Assembly: GCA_964187785.1 (NCBI GenBank)
Contig: OZ076413.1
Span: forward strand, 43,152,001 to 43,216,000
Source of the DNA: Amphiscolops sp. MND2022
Lineage: Eukaryota
DNA: 64,000 nucleotides
Direction: 5' to 3'
Position numbers and translations under genes: made by a program. The first letter of the stretch is position 1. Each line of letters begins with the position of its first letter. Positions 1 through 13,400 of the stretch are shown here, in pieces. The notes under the pieces were generated by a model, which saw only the letters and a program-made list of their open reading frames with translations, had not been told where the DNA came from and searched no databases.

Positions 1-1458
1 ATTTTGTAACGTCAAGCTAGTGACGCACATACTGGAACTGGGACAATGCTCAGGTTGCCTAGACGCGAGACCATAGTCCTAAAGCTAACCTAAACACTAG
101 TTTTTAGTTCCTAAAGGCCTCCTAGGGGACTTTTTCATAAGTCTAAGGAGACTCTTCAAATTAGAGCACCGTGGCGACGTGCCGGCACACTCAAAGTCCG
201 GACACGTCCCACAAGCCTGTAACAACGTATCTTGAGATTCATGCATACTCCCGAGGTCCAAAAATGAGGTTTAGCCAAAGTACATTATAATTGTAGAATA
301 ATGTCTAAAATCACCAAAATTGGGATCTGCTAAATCCAGTTCCATCACAAATCGCCATCTCGATTTAGTACTTTTTTTGCTATAGCACACTTTCAAAATC
401 TTTTCGAAATTTTGTTTCAGCTGCTGACGTTCCATTTTTTACATGATGATTGGATATTTATGTTTTCTATCATAGATAGTCATTGCATGAGTTCCATATT
501 TCCATGTATGGTCTCAGTATGGAGACGAAAGTGTTCAATACTATCTCCTTGAATTACGGCTGTATATGGTTATTACATGGCTCAACTGCACACAGGCAAG
601 ATGTTATTACCATATGTAGTACAATACGTAACATATTATGATTCCCTTCAGATTTTATCAGCAACCTTAGTTTGGACTTTCCGTCACTATTCCTGGATTC
701 TATGTTAAAAATGCTGATGATCAGGATTCTTACGCGATTTTGAGTTAGGGAGTGATCCCTTCAGGTCAACTGATATTGAATCATGATGATGAGTTTTGTG
801 CGGTTTTGTCTTATTTAATGTTGTATGGCATATATTTTACATCATGAGTTGCCTGTAAATCCATGATAATTTTAATAATAATAATAATTCGCATGCTTTT
901 CGCATGGGGTTCACCCACGGAACAAGAAGGCATGGACACATGGACACATGTCCAAACACAGGGACAAGTTTTTGACAGATTTTGAAACAATTGACAGTTC
1001 CTGTGGTAGAGAAGTAAATCATGTAACTTTATTAGTCTACATCAATATTTGTCAATGCTTAAAACAATCTGAGTGGCGTTTTTTGTGACAGTAGACTGAC
1101 ATGAAAAGAGAACCGTTCCAATGTGACTTAAAAAGTACAATGATATTTTTACTAGGGAGCGCTGTCATCTTTTCTGATATTATTTTTATTATATTATTTT
1201 TTATTAAAACTATTTATTTCAGTTCTGGATTCCAAAAATACTTTCTATGGATCAATATGCGAACTCAGGGCATATAAAACGCGCTTCATCAATTTTTACA
1301 GGGTCTTCAGACTTCAAAATGAACAAGTTTAGCTTTATTCAAAGCGTTTTTGGAATTTTATTTTAAAAAATCATAGTTCTATCAGGCTCGGGTCATCTCG
1401 CAGACACGTACCTCAACATATGGTAGTATCAAACTGTTCTGACCCCTCCCCTTGACAG

Positions 1459-4400
1459 TGTATCATCCCCGTGAAGGAAGTGAATCGTCTAGCCCTAGCC
1501 CTCAGTATGTAAGGACCTCAGATGACGTCAGTGGTCACAGGACTACAACACCATCGACGACCCAGCAGCCGCCAACCGAGGACCAACCCACAGCTGTCAC
1601 CGTATACAGACAACCTCCGCCAGATGAAAACACCATGCATTTGGAGCCCCCAAGTCGATTTGGTGTGAGTTTGAAGAAACTTCTTTTCTCCGTTTCCGAG
1701 GGGTGAAACGCCCTTTCGAATACTCTCCCCATAACAAGCCATGGTACCTTATTTGCAGCCAAGTGATCAAGCAATGGTTATGGTTGGCTTGAAGATGTGG
1801 TTTCAAAGTAAATTGCTCAAGATTCATTCTGATTTTTGATGGCTATAAATATTCAACACAAAAATAAATCTGGAATAGGATAGCTAAACTTTCGAAGCTA
1901 TTGAATTTCACTGGATTTGTTGATAGTTAAAGATCAAAGTACAAGAGTGCACAACGCCAGTGGACAAAATTCCAGATCTAATTATTGACGAGTTGAACTA
2001 GTTTATCGACGTGAAAAAATTAGACATATTAACAAAAAAGAATGAAGCATTAAGGTAATAATGATTTTAATATTCTTTTGATAAAACTTGACTTTCCTCT
2101 ATCCGGGCGGTTAACTCCTTTCGGGTCTGCTTTGGCCGAAGCCAGTCACTGCTCAAAAGTTGCACATCGTTTGCTTCGTTACGTTTTTGCGCTTTGGAAG
2201 TTCACCATGCTGGTATTTGTCACAGCCGCCACAGGGCCGTGAAATAATAAGATCAGAGAGAACGCCAGAGGAAAGAAATGGAGAAATTAACCAAGAAGTA
2301 GCTAATAAAGCATCACAAACCTGAAAGAAAACAATCAACAAACAAACACTCATGGATATTGAACAACCCTGTAAGTGCATATTAATATCATCAACCCTCT
2401 GCAGTACCTGAAATACATAAATATGTAAATAATTAAATAATAAAAATTTGTTGTAAATGTGATTTGTTTGCAGTAGCTTGACCAATACGCTGATTGAAGT
2501 TATTCCAACCAGCGCACTGACCAGCCTACCGTCCCAATATCTGCGTAACAAAACACGCTAATTCTCACTGTCCTTTTAATTAACCAATCAGCGCTAAGCG
2601 CGAATGTGCAGTATTAACTCAGTACTATACTTGTCAAGCCACCAGTCAGCAAAGATTGGGACGCACGCCTGGTAGCTCGATCGAATTAATCAAAGTGCTA
2701 ATATACTAAGTGACGTCACGTGTGAAGTGAATACGAATCCAAAGCTTAGAAGAAGCTTAAATTGTGCAGTATTCAATAGCAAAGATCGAAAACGTAATAT
2801 TTATAGCATGAAAAGGTGTGATTGAAGATTTGTCGATCCCGATAATTGGGACGACCGCCGGGACGACCGTTTTAAATTTATAATCTGGGACGACCGCCGG
2901 GGCGACCGTTTTAAATTTATAATCTGGGACGACCGCTGGGACGCTCGCTCAGTCACTCCATCTGATCAATCAAGTACAAATAATCGATGCTAACTCTAGA
3001 TAAATGTTTTGCAGCTTAAAAGAAGCTAAATACCAAAAGAACTTCCAATGAGTAATAATCGATGATGCTTGTAGTATTTTTAACGTGTTCAGCCCACCTT
3101 GTATTTGAGTCAACTTCCCAGGCGGAGCGCTAAATTTCATTAAAAAACAAGAGCCTGGACAGCTGACCGAACGTATTTAATTAATACATGTCTTATAATT
3201 AACCGAATAACAATGTTGCCCCTGTTAAACGTGATATTTGACGATAATATAGTAAAACAACCCCCCAGTGCTACCTTTTCAGTCCTCACATGCAATGTTT
3301 TGTTAATACATAGTTGAGTCAATAGCCCGGTCAAACGGCCAGGCCACTCTAAATGAAATTCGTTACCTGGCGTTCACCCAGGACTTTATCGTTAGCCTCA
3401 ATTTAAAGTGCTAATTAACGGCCATAATCATCTGATTTAGAAGAAATCAGTGCTGTTAGTTCATTTCTTTGATGTTTCCCTTAAATTACTAGTAGTAAAA
3501 TTTGGGATTGTTCGATGATAATTTCATTTCCTTTTCCCGCTTCAGTAGCTAGGTTCATGAATTTCAGTGCCAACTTCACCTTCGGCGTCTTGAAAAGGCG
3601 GGGAATGAAGAAGAAAGGGACGCGGAATTGGGAAGCGGCAGGAAGTGAATTCCCACTTTTCTTTAAAGTGGGTTGAAACCGAATGCCGAGTCCCGAGGAA
3701 GAGTGCCTTATTTGGATTTCCCCGCTTCGGAAAGGACGCCGAGGTGAACAAGGTGTGAATTCACGCGCGGGGTTTTCTCTGCGTGTCTAGCGTAAAGTAT
3801 AAATACCTGAAGCGGGATTAGGAAAAGTTAGTTGACAATTTTATTTTTCAAGTGCGTTTGATTAATCGTTCTCCGGAAATTTTGCTTTTGTAATAATCGT
3901 GGTAATTACTTTTGCTTAATATAATTCCTTTGTTTCGGAAAACTTTGGCAAATTACTAAACTGAAGTCTCCATTACGTTTGTAACGACTCAAGTTTAGTT
4001 GGAATATTGTTTCTCCACTATTTTTACAAGATGCCTGAGAAATCTCAAAAACGAAAGTTGAGGAGTAACCAGTCGACTAGCCAGTTCGACGTAGAAACCG
4101 CAAGCTCTATTAACGACGAAAACACCGTACTTTCGGAAAGGGATTTTGAAGACATATCCAATAAAATTGAGAATAGAATTTCCAAACGTCTTAAAGACAC
4201 TGAACTCAACCAACGCGAGATATTAAAATTGATTGAGAACCTGTCGTCCAAAGTTGACAACCTATCAAGCGTCAATTCTGAACAAGGTTACTTGACGACC
4301 AGAGCTGAGAATAGTGGAAACCCTACTGATGAGCTAGAAGAAGTTAGTTTGCCTAGGAACGAGAGTTCCAACATGGTGACAGGAGTAATTAGCGAACCGA

Positions 4401-7400
4401 CCTCCAGCAACACCCACCCCCGATCTTCGAGCCTGCCGCCTCCAAACCAGAGGCACTCCGACGAAATCATCGACAAGCTGTTAGAATCCCTGTACGCAAC
4501 ACAACAACAGACAGCACAATTACCCCGTCTACCAAAAGCGCTTGCCACGACAATGCCAACATTCGACGGTAAAAACGAAAAGTTTGAACTCTTCGAAGAT
4601 TTGTTTCAAACAAGCTTGAAGGTCCATCCCCAAATAACGGAGCAAGAGAAAATACATTATTTCCACTCCCTACTGCGAGGAGACGCCTTGCAAACCTTTC
4701 GGAACATGACCGAAACAACCAAAACCATTCTGAACGACATCATCGCCGGATTCAGACGACGATATGTAAAACCCAGTCAATAGCCACTGCTAGGTGTAAG
4801 TGGGAAAACCTCACATTTGACCCGGCGAACCAAACATTCCAAGATTTCTTGGAGAACTACCAGAAACTTGCCCAAGAGGCATACGCCGACGATGCACCCC
4901 GCTTTATAGAAACCTCCTTCTACGCAAAAATGCCGATACATCTCAAAAGAGTGTTAAATCAAGCACGCCTTGAAACAGCATCATATGAAACGATGGTCCA
5001 GCACCTAGAGCGGGAGATGGAGCTCAACGGATTGGCAAATCCAGAATCCACTACATTTACCGGCATACACAATGTCGAACCCGCCAACACACCCAATCAG
5101 GGGAGGCACCCGAAAACTGCAAGCACGTGCTTTGGCTGCGGACATCAGGGCCACCTCCTCCGCAACTGCAGGAAGACAAACCGAGACAAACGGAACCAAA
5201 AACCCCCCAGCAATAACATCACCGACCCCTGCGAATCATGTGGCAAATTAAGCCACGAGACTAAAGACTGCTATTCTGGGGCGAACTGGGCAAACCGCCC
5301 TACATGGTGGAAAACGCCTAAATCAACAGGCGCCAACAGTATACCCCTACCACAACAAACTGCACCCTAAACTATACAACAACAATTCAGCAAATCAGCA
5401 GCCACAAACCGTGGCACAACCACAATACCAGCCAAAAAACTACTAAAGCCACGTCTTCGCTTCGGGGACTACACCGACTTCAGATACTACACCATCTCTG
5501 AACCCCCGAAGGACTTCGACAAGGAATTATTTATGGAATGCTCAGGTGAACCATCGATCGACTGGCAGCGATGATGGCTCATAAGACGCATCTTCAAGTT
5601 CAACAAAAACACCTTGGACAAACTCCTCTACCCAGACTGGTACACCCAAAACATCACCCAATACAACACAACACGCAGACCATTACTTCCCAGCTCCACA
5701 CCCGAAACTTACATCTACGACCCCGACTTCGAATGCGACCCCTACTACAACGACACTCTATATGACTCAACAAACCTTGTCTTCAGACAGTCAATCAACG
5801 TACCATTTCATGAATTCATAGCCAAAACCAACATGGACATCTCGACAACTCCAAAAAGGAAAGACGACCTCAATCATACTCCCGAACCACAGGCTGAAGA
5901 AGAATACGACACAGAAATCACCGTGATCGTAACACCTCCAACGACTTCCCTCAAGTCAATCCTCAAACACAACAATCAATCACCACTGGTTGACTTCCAG
6001 TCACCCACGAAACTCCCAGCCACCCCCAATGAAATCCGGGCAGCTATGACGTCGTCCCCCTCCAGTCCAGAGAGTCCTGAACATAAATACTCCACCCCTA
6101 AAACCCTGGTTGACGACACAAAAGCCGGGGACCAAACAATTGCAAGTCAACCCACAACACAACCGAGAACTCGCCGCGTCAAACGAACTCTGACCTGCGA
6201 ATTCAACCAGCAAACAGAAGCTAAAACAGCGACAAACAGCCCACTCATCACTACCCAAACCTCAAGAGAAGAGCCAACCAATCTAGAACAAGATGAAGAA
6301 TGGATTCAAAACAACAAACAATTGCATGAAATTGCAATTACAGACCCAGAAACAAGCGAAAAATGCATACCAATTTTTTCGGCCATCAATCTGAAAAAGA
6401 AAAGGAAAATGCTCTTCGCCCCGATGGATTTCAACAACATTTCAGTCGATGCGCTTGTTGACTCCGGAGCACTCGTCAACTGCTTACCAGAAAGCGAATT
6501 CCAGAAAATCAAAACAGTAAGCCCAGACAACATCCTCAAGGAAATGGATCCACCAACATTTAAATTGCAAGTCGCAAACGGCGAGATAGAAACCCCCACA
6601 AAAACAGTTCAACTACAATTTGAACTAGGCGACTGGACGTTCAAAGAGACGTTCATCGTAGCCACAAAGATGACAGGGCCCATCCTCGGACTAACCTTTC
6701 TCAAAAACAATAGCGCAATCCTCGACGTCAGTCAGGCCCTCTTACATTTCCCCCACCTGACCTAAGCAATTTCTGCAGACGATAACGAGACAATCTCAAG
6801 ACACCATAAAGTCACTACCAAAACCCAACTCACCATCATGCCCGACCATTGTGTAACAATTGAAGCTGGCATCAACCTACGTACCCTGACAAACACCACA
6901 GGAATCATCAACCCTACTGAACCATACTCCGGAGAACACCAACTGGTAGTAGCCAGCTCTCTATCAACAGTTACAAACTCCAAAATCGAAATCAGGGTTA
7001 CCAACACATCTCCAAACCCATTCACCCTCAAAAAGAACACAAATCTTGCAGAATTCACCATTCTATCCCCCCAGGAAGCCAAGCAACTCCACCCACTCAA
7101 CTCTGCAGCCCTAAAAGTATTAGCAGAAGACGATTCCGAACAGGCACTAGAATATGTAAACGAACTCCTCAAATCGTCTGAAAAGCCCCAGACTGTCCAA
7201 AATTTCTGGTTCCCCACACCGGACAACCCAGGAGACCCATCAACGCACACACCTATCCAGAGCAGGATACTGAGAGAAATAGAAGAACTGGAAAACATCC
7301 AGAAACTCAATCCTCATGACAGCCCTGAAGACAGAGCAACTTTCTTATCCAATTTCAAGTGGACGGATTCACAACTCAGTGATGAAGACAAAAAGGACAT

Positions 7401-10400
7401 AGAAGCAATCCTTGTAGAATACAACGATATCTTCGCAAGGCACCGCCTTGATATCGGAATTAACAACGAATTCAAAATAAAGCTCACCCCCAAATCCGAA
7501 CAGCCAGCGTACACTCAAAGCCTACCCTGCCCAGTCAACCTGAAAGACGACTTGACAGTCGAATTGGCGTTAATGCACTACTACGGCATAATCACCACGC
7601 TCCCTTTCAGCAAGTACGCAAGCCCAATAATTGCCCAAAGAAAACCAAACGGACGCCTACGATTGCTAGTTGACTTACGAAAGATCAACAACCTCATTTC
7701 CGACGATTATATAAACAATAATCACCATGTGAGCACCCTCTCGGATGCAGCTCAGCATTTAGCCGGAAAGAAACTGTTTTGCAAGCTTGACTGCTCTCAA
7801 GCCTACCACGTCCTGCAAATGGCAGACCAAAAATCAGTGGAACTCCTGGCGTTCAACTTTGCCAGTCGGACATTCGCCTACCTGCGACTCGCACAAGGGC
7901 TCAGCAGATCTCTCTCCTCCTTCTCGAGCTTTATGCGGGAGTATCTTGACCGAGTCATCAAAGCCGACAAGTGCGCCCAGTACGACGACGACATCGGGAT
8001 AGCTACCCATACTGCCGAGGAGCTGAAGAACAACCTGCGTGAGGTCTTTCAGTGCATAAGAGAAGCAGGTCTGCGTCTGACAATGGCTAAATGCCAGTTC
8101 GGTGCCAAGGAAGTCGAATTCCTTGGACGAACAGTCTCACCCGAAGGAATCGCCCCACAGAGTCACAAGATCAAGAACTACCTCCAAAAACTGTCGTTCC
8201 CAAAAACCAAAAAGGGCCTACAGAGGTATATTGGTTTCGTTAATTATTATCGGAACTACATACCTCGCCTCTCCGAAAAGATAGCACCCTTCCACGAATT
8301 AGTCAAGGCAGACAAACCAATCAAGATCACAAACGAGATCATCGGGACATTCGACAACATCAACAAGGCACTTGAAAACGCTTGTGGGCTATGGCTGAAA
8401 CAACCACTACCCAACAAACAGTACGTCCTCATGACAGACGCGAACTTCAAAAATGCAGGCTACGCCCTCATGATTGAAGAAAACGCTGATGAAAAACTGA
8501 CCTCAGTTAAAAAGACTTACGCCCCGGTAGCGTTTGGTTCCGAGACATTCTCTCCGTCCCAAATCAAAATGTCAATATATGCCAAAGAATTCTTGGCTAT
8601 ATATTTCGCCTTCATGGAATACAGCCACATATTGTGGGGATCGACCAAACCGGTCATCGTCCTAACAGATAACAAGTCCGTCACACGGTTTTTTCAAACC
8701 AAAATAATACCACCAGCCTTGTGGAACGCCTGCGATTTCGTCCTACAATTCAACTTTACGATCGCCCACGTCCCAGGGCGCATGAACACCGCAGCTGATT
8801 TTCTTTCCCGACTTGACCTAGACCCAAAGGAAAAAGTCCAACTCTTAATCCGAGACGACATTCAAACAACACCAATAGAGGTACACATTCAATCCTCCAA
8901 CGTCGCAGAAGAGGAACAGTTCTACTTCCTCCCCGACGATGACATTGAAACCGAAGAACAAATTTGGGAGAGGAAGCAAAGAGCCCGCAAGAAAATTCCA
9001 GGGAACGACACCCCACCAACGCCAGGAGAAGAAGCAAATAACGAAACAGTCCAAACAGAAGACACCACAGTCATATTTCAAACGGAAATAACAAGACACA
9101 ACAAAACCACCGAAGACCAAGAAAACACCCTCCCAACTGACATGCGACACCAACAGGACCAAGACAGTGTCCTCAGAAACTACAAACTACGCCTCCTCAA
9201 AGAACCATACGATGAACACCTGATGGCCACAGACCACAGAGCACTCCGTTACACAGCGCAAGAATCGAGAATCATACTCAAGGACGGACTGCTATACCGG
9301 CAGTACTTCGGAGAAACCGGAACAGTCAAACACCTGCAAGTACTACTCCCGGAGCAACTGGTCGACTCCTTCATCGAGGCACACCATGGAATGCACAACA
9401 AACACCCGGGAATAACGAAAGTAATACAACAATGCAGAGAAAAGTATTACTACCCAAGTCTCGCAGCAAGGATAGCCAAACATATCAACCAATGCATGAA
9501 ATGCATGCAAACAAAACGAACAGACAATCGCCTCCTAACCCCACCAATGATCGACACGTCCAAACTGGCAATGGGACCGGAAGATGCCCTACAAATGGAC
9601 ATCGTCCCCTTCGACGAGCCATCCAACGGATTCACAGCGATAGTCACCGCCATGGACGTCTTTTCCCGCTATCTATTTACCTATTGTGTCACCAAAATAG
9701 ATGCCCGCTCGATCGCAAGAGTACTGGTAGACATAATGACAAGACATGCTTACCTGCCCACAACGATCATAACTGACAAAGGAACTCAATTCATGTCCGA
9801 AGTAATGGCTGACACCACACGCGTTCTAGGCATCCAATTGAAACACGCAACTACAAAACATGCCCAAACAATTGGTATCCTAGAACGCTGTCATGCATCC
9901 TTAAAAGAAGCCCTGAAAATATCAACAGGAGAAAGGAGAACAATGTGGCACCAGTTCGTCCCAACCGCCACACTAAACTACAACACAACCTACCACTCAG
10001 CACTCGGGTGCGAACCCAGTAGAGTATTCCACGGCAGAATACCATACAACGTGCTTGACTTAAAGTTCGGTCTCAAACAGAACCAAACCCAAAACCCAAA
10101 AACAGACATAGGCGAAGAAGTCGTCCAGAAGACCCGGATGATACACCAATCAGTAACCAAACACCTCCTCCACTCCTACATACGGTACAAACAGTACTAC
10201 GATAAAAAAGCTTCTGCCCACCCCCTAGCAGCAAACGACTACTGCTACGCCTTACACCCCCAGGCAAACAACCAGGGATCGAAACTACCTTTTCGCGAGT
10301 ATTTATGGACAGGACCATTCGTAGTAGTTAAAACCCTTCCCAACAACAACTACCTAGTTCGTAAATTACAAACGAACAAGACCCAAATTCTACACAGGAT

Positions 10401-13400
10401 ACGACTGAAACCATGCCCCACGAAAAATCGCCTTCCCGATATACAAGTTCAAACCAAGGACTTTCAACCAGACGATGAAGTTGAAATCCTACATGATGAC
10501 CTATACGCCCTAGCGTGGCAATCAGGGTTTGAACACTTCGTGATGACCCATAACCACGATCCCAACAACGAATCGGCAATCAACCCGACCGATAGTCATG
10601 ACATCTTAGAAAATATTGCCCAGGATGACACCCACGATACCCTAACGGAACCCCAACCCGAACAACAGGAATCCCAACCAGAACCCAACCCAAACCCAGA
10701 GCCTAGTTCCCCCCGCAAAGGCAAATATAACCTTCGCAGCAACCCCCCTTCAAATTGGAAAAGAGACTATGCCTACTACAACCCAATGGTTGTTAGCTCA
10801 AATGAATAAACTTTCAATATGAATTCATGAAATGGTACACCTACTACTCACTCAACTGACCTAAAACTGACTCAAATCCCTACAACTCGTCTACGCACTC
10901 AAGGAAAAACAATACAAAGAGCCAAAAATATACTACAGACTCTCCATGCCCACTACGGACAAATATATCCATTCCCTTTTCTTTGGCTGCAATACTAACT
11001 ACAGTTGATTAAAAGACTTCAGCCCATTCAACAACATACATAATACAGAACAAAGTAGACAAAGTGCCAACAATAATAAAGACCAAACTATAAAGATACA
11101 CAGTTCAACGTTCCAACAAATTTTGAAATCATCATCGCCTCTTTCCTTTCTTCTTGTCCTTTGAAGCACTCGATGAAGCTCGACTCGAAGACAACATTTC
11201 TTTCCGTTCCTGGCGTCTTTGCTGCAAAACCCGGGTAACGTCACTTGACCGCACAGGACTACACATCAGCAGAGACTTATCGACAACATTAGCAGCTGAA
11301 GAAGGTTGCGTACTGGGAGAAACACCTTGAATACTACCAGCATCACGGGACACACTTGCCCCAGCATGTGGACTGACAGCAGCAGCATCGGCAGACGGCG
11401 CAACACTAGAACCACCAGTACCTGCAACAGCCATCTTTGACAGAGTGCCCAGACGATGACGCCAATCATCCATCTGTTCCAGGAAATACGCGTCGAAACG
11501 ATCACGCAAACTGCGGTACAACTCCTGGTGGCAATGCTGATATACCGATGTCCATGGAGAGAAACTAACGTCATCGAAGAAACTCTTTCCAGCAGAGAGA
11601 TTGACCTTTAAATCATCCAGACAGTCTTTTGTCAACAACTCCCCGGAACTGAATCCAGAGAAGGAAACGTAAGACTGCACAGACAGAATAGCTGAAGTAA
11701 GAATCTTTGCTGGAACAGCTACACCACTCAACGAGATATCCACATCAGGATATGACACCTCACGGGGCACCACCAGAACTGAGGACAACTGAACAACACG
11801 CGACAAATGGTCCCGACAACCGAAAGCCTCAGACTCCCGCATGAAGCTAAAAGTGTCTTTGATGGTGGACACCACTCGATGATTCCGTCGACGCAATTCC
11901 ACTAAGAAGGACTTGAATTCGTTACAGGACCCTTCGGCCCCTACATCAGTCAAACGTCCACACTCTAGGTAACAAGCAACCAGACCACGAAAGAGCTCAA
12001 CAGTATATGATTCCTCGCCAAGAAGCAACATATCCGGCGAAAAACAACTCAAACTGGAGGACAGGCGAGAATTCATGAAGGCAGACTCATTCAACACTCT
12101 CAAAAATCCCATGAGCAGCGAGTGACCCTCGCGAAGGAAAGAACGACGTAGTGCAGCAGTAGATCCAACCAATGCCTTCACCACAATTGGCTCTCCAACC
12201 GAACACTCCGCAAATGAGAGGTTTGACCAGGTAGTCAAGGGTTTGCCGACATACTCGCTCCAGGCATCAATTTCAGGAAGTTCAGACAGCTTCTTAACTT
12301 TGCCAAGAAGACTCCAATAAAAGAAGCAGAATTCACTATAATTTCGACAACTGTAGTCGGTAATTTCCATCACGAACTGTTTCTCAAAATTGGCCATGAA
12401 ACACAGAACCAGCACTTGAAGCACACACAGTCGGGACAAAATATGGTCATCGGCCAACACCATCTGACTCAGGTCCTGCGGAACTCTGCTCCGGGATGGC
12501 GAGACAACACCACCCTCCCCCAAGAACAATTTAATATCTCCCCAATGACTGACGATCTCATCGAGAACAACACTGAGAGAGGTGAAAGGGATATCTCGCT
12601 GTTGAATGCAACGACGCAAGGTTGCAAGTCCAAGCATCCAAGACTGATTTACAGCACGTTGTAAACGCAACAACAGATAGTCCAGAAGAGCGAAGCAGTC
12701 CAGAGCACTAGAACCATTTTTACCAGCTTCTTGAACATGCTCTTTGAATACTTTTGGGGTATTTTCAGAAATGAACATGGGCTTGGGGCGACACTGCTCG
12801 ACACACCATTCGGTCACCACATTGAAGAGAGTCGATGAAAACCCTCGCAGGCAAACAGGTGACTGCCCGGCTGGTAGAATTGCAAATATCCGCGTCAGAC
12901 CAATAATCTCAGAATCACAGAGACCCGGCGAGTTAGGTTCCCACAAAATGCAAACTTCACGCAGAGTACCACTAGCAAAACAGTGCACATTGAAACGCCA
13001 ACCATCACGATCCTCCCGCAGACTAACACTGGAAAAGGAATCCTTCACCCATCCTTGCACCCGGCGGAGAATCCGGGGATACAGAGTCTGTCCAATTATC
13101 ACCAACGTTTCAGTCTTGCTCCAGGTCGCCTGAGCGCAATTTGAATCCACTGGAAGTGCCGCCTGAAATTGACTCCACAACCGTCTCAGAAAACGATGAG
13201 AACCCCCACTCCGAAGCAATTCAAATAGGCCTCCAACCAGAGTTGAAGATGGCACGTTGGACACCACCCCAACTAACGCATCGACCTCATCTTCTATGAA
13301 AGGATTCTTCTTGCCCAAGACTACCACAGGAGTCTCCTCGATCTCTGCACGCAACTCAGCCGAAATAGACGACACAGGCACTTCATCGAATCGGGTAGTA

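Larger units (their letters stand above)
2218..4373 (+). repeat. 5' LTR (2,156 bp)
   Basis: TG...CA termini; matches 15886-18042 with about a dozen differences counted by eye (~99% identity); followed directly by TGG (PBS). Confidence 0.97.
4031..5446 (+). pseudogene. gag: gag with two compensating 1-nt indels and two CCHC zinc knuckles
   Basis: ATG at 4031 inside the LTR; capsid-like PTFDGKNEKFELFEDLF...LLRGDAL; frameshift at about 4772 (CCC run) restores VKPQSIATARCKWENLTF; knuckles CFGCGHQGHLLRNC and CESCGKLSHETKDC; a second shift at about 5367 leads to ...QPKNY*. Confidence 0.9.

Noticed and set aside
2153-2551. Minus-strand LTR ORFs (also 15872-16219 and 50435-50653)
   Set aside because: They are short, start at non-ATG codons or run through intron-like AT-rich sequence, and are not similar between the two LTR families.
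2847-2944. Repeats resembling a CRISPR array (also the 176-bp array at 30563-31380)
   Set aside because: The units are contiguous with no unique spacers, there are no cas genes, and the context is eukaryotic.
10500-10809. Chromodomain at the integrase C-terminus
   Set aside because: The tail is acidic and Pro-rich low complexity ending in YNLRSNP, with no aromatic-cage chromodomain pattern.
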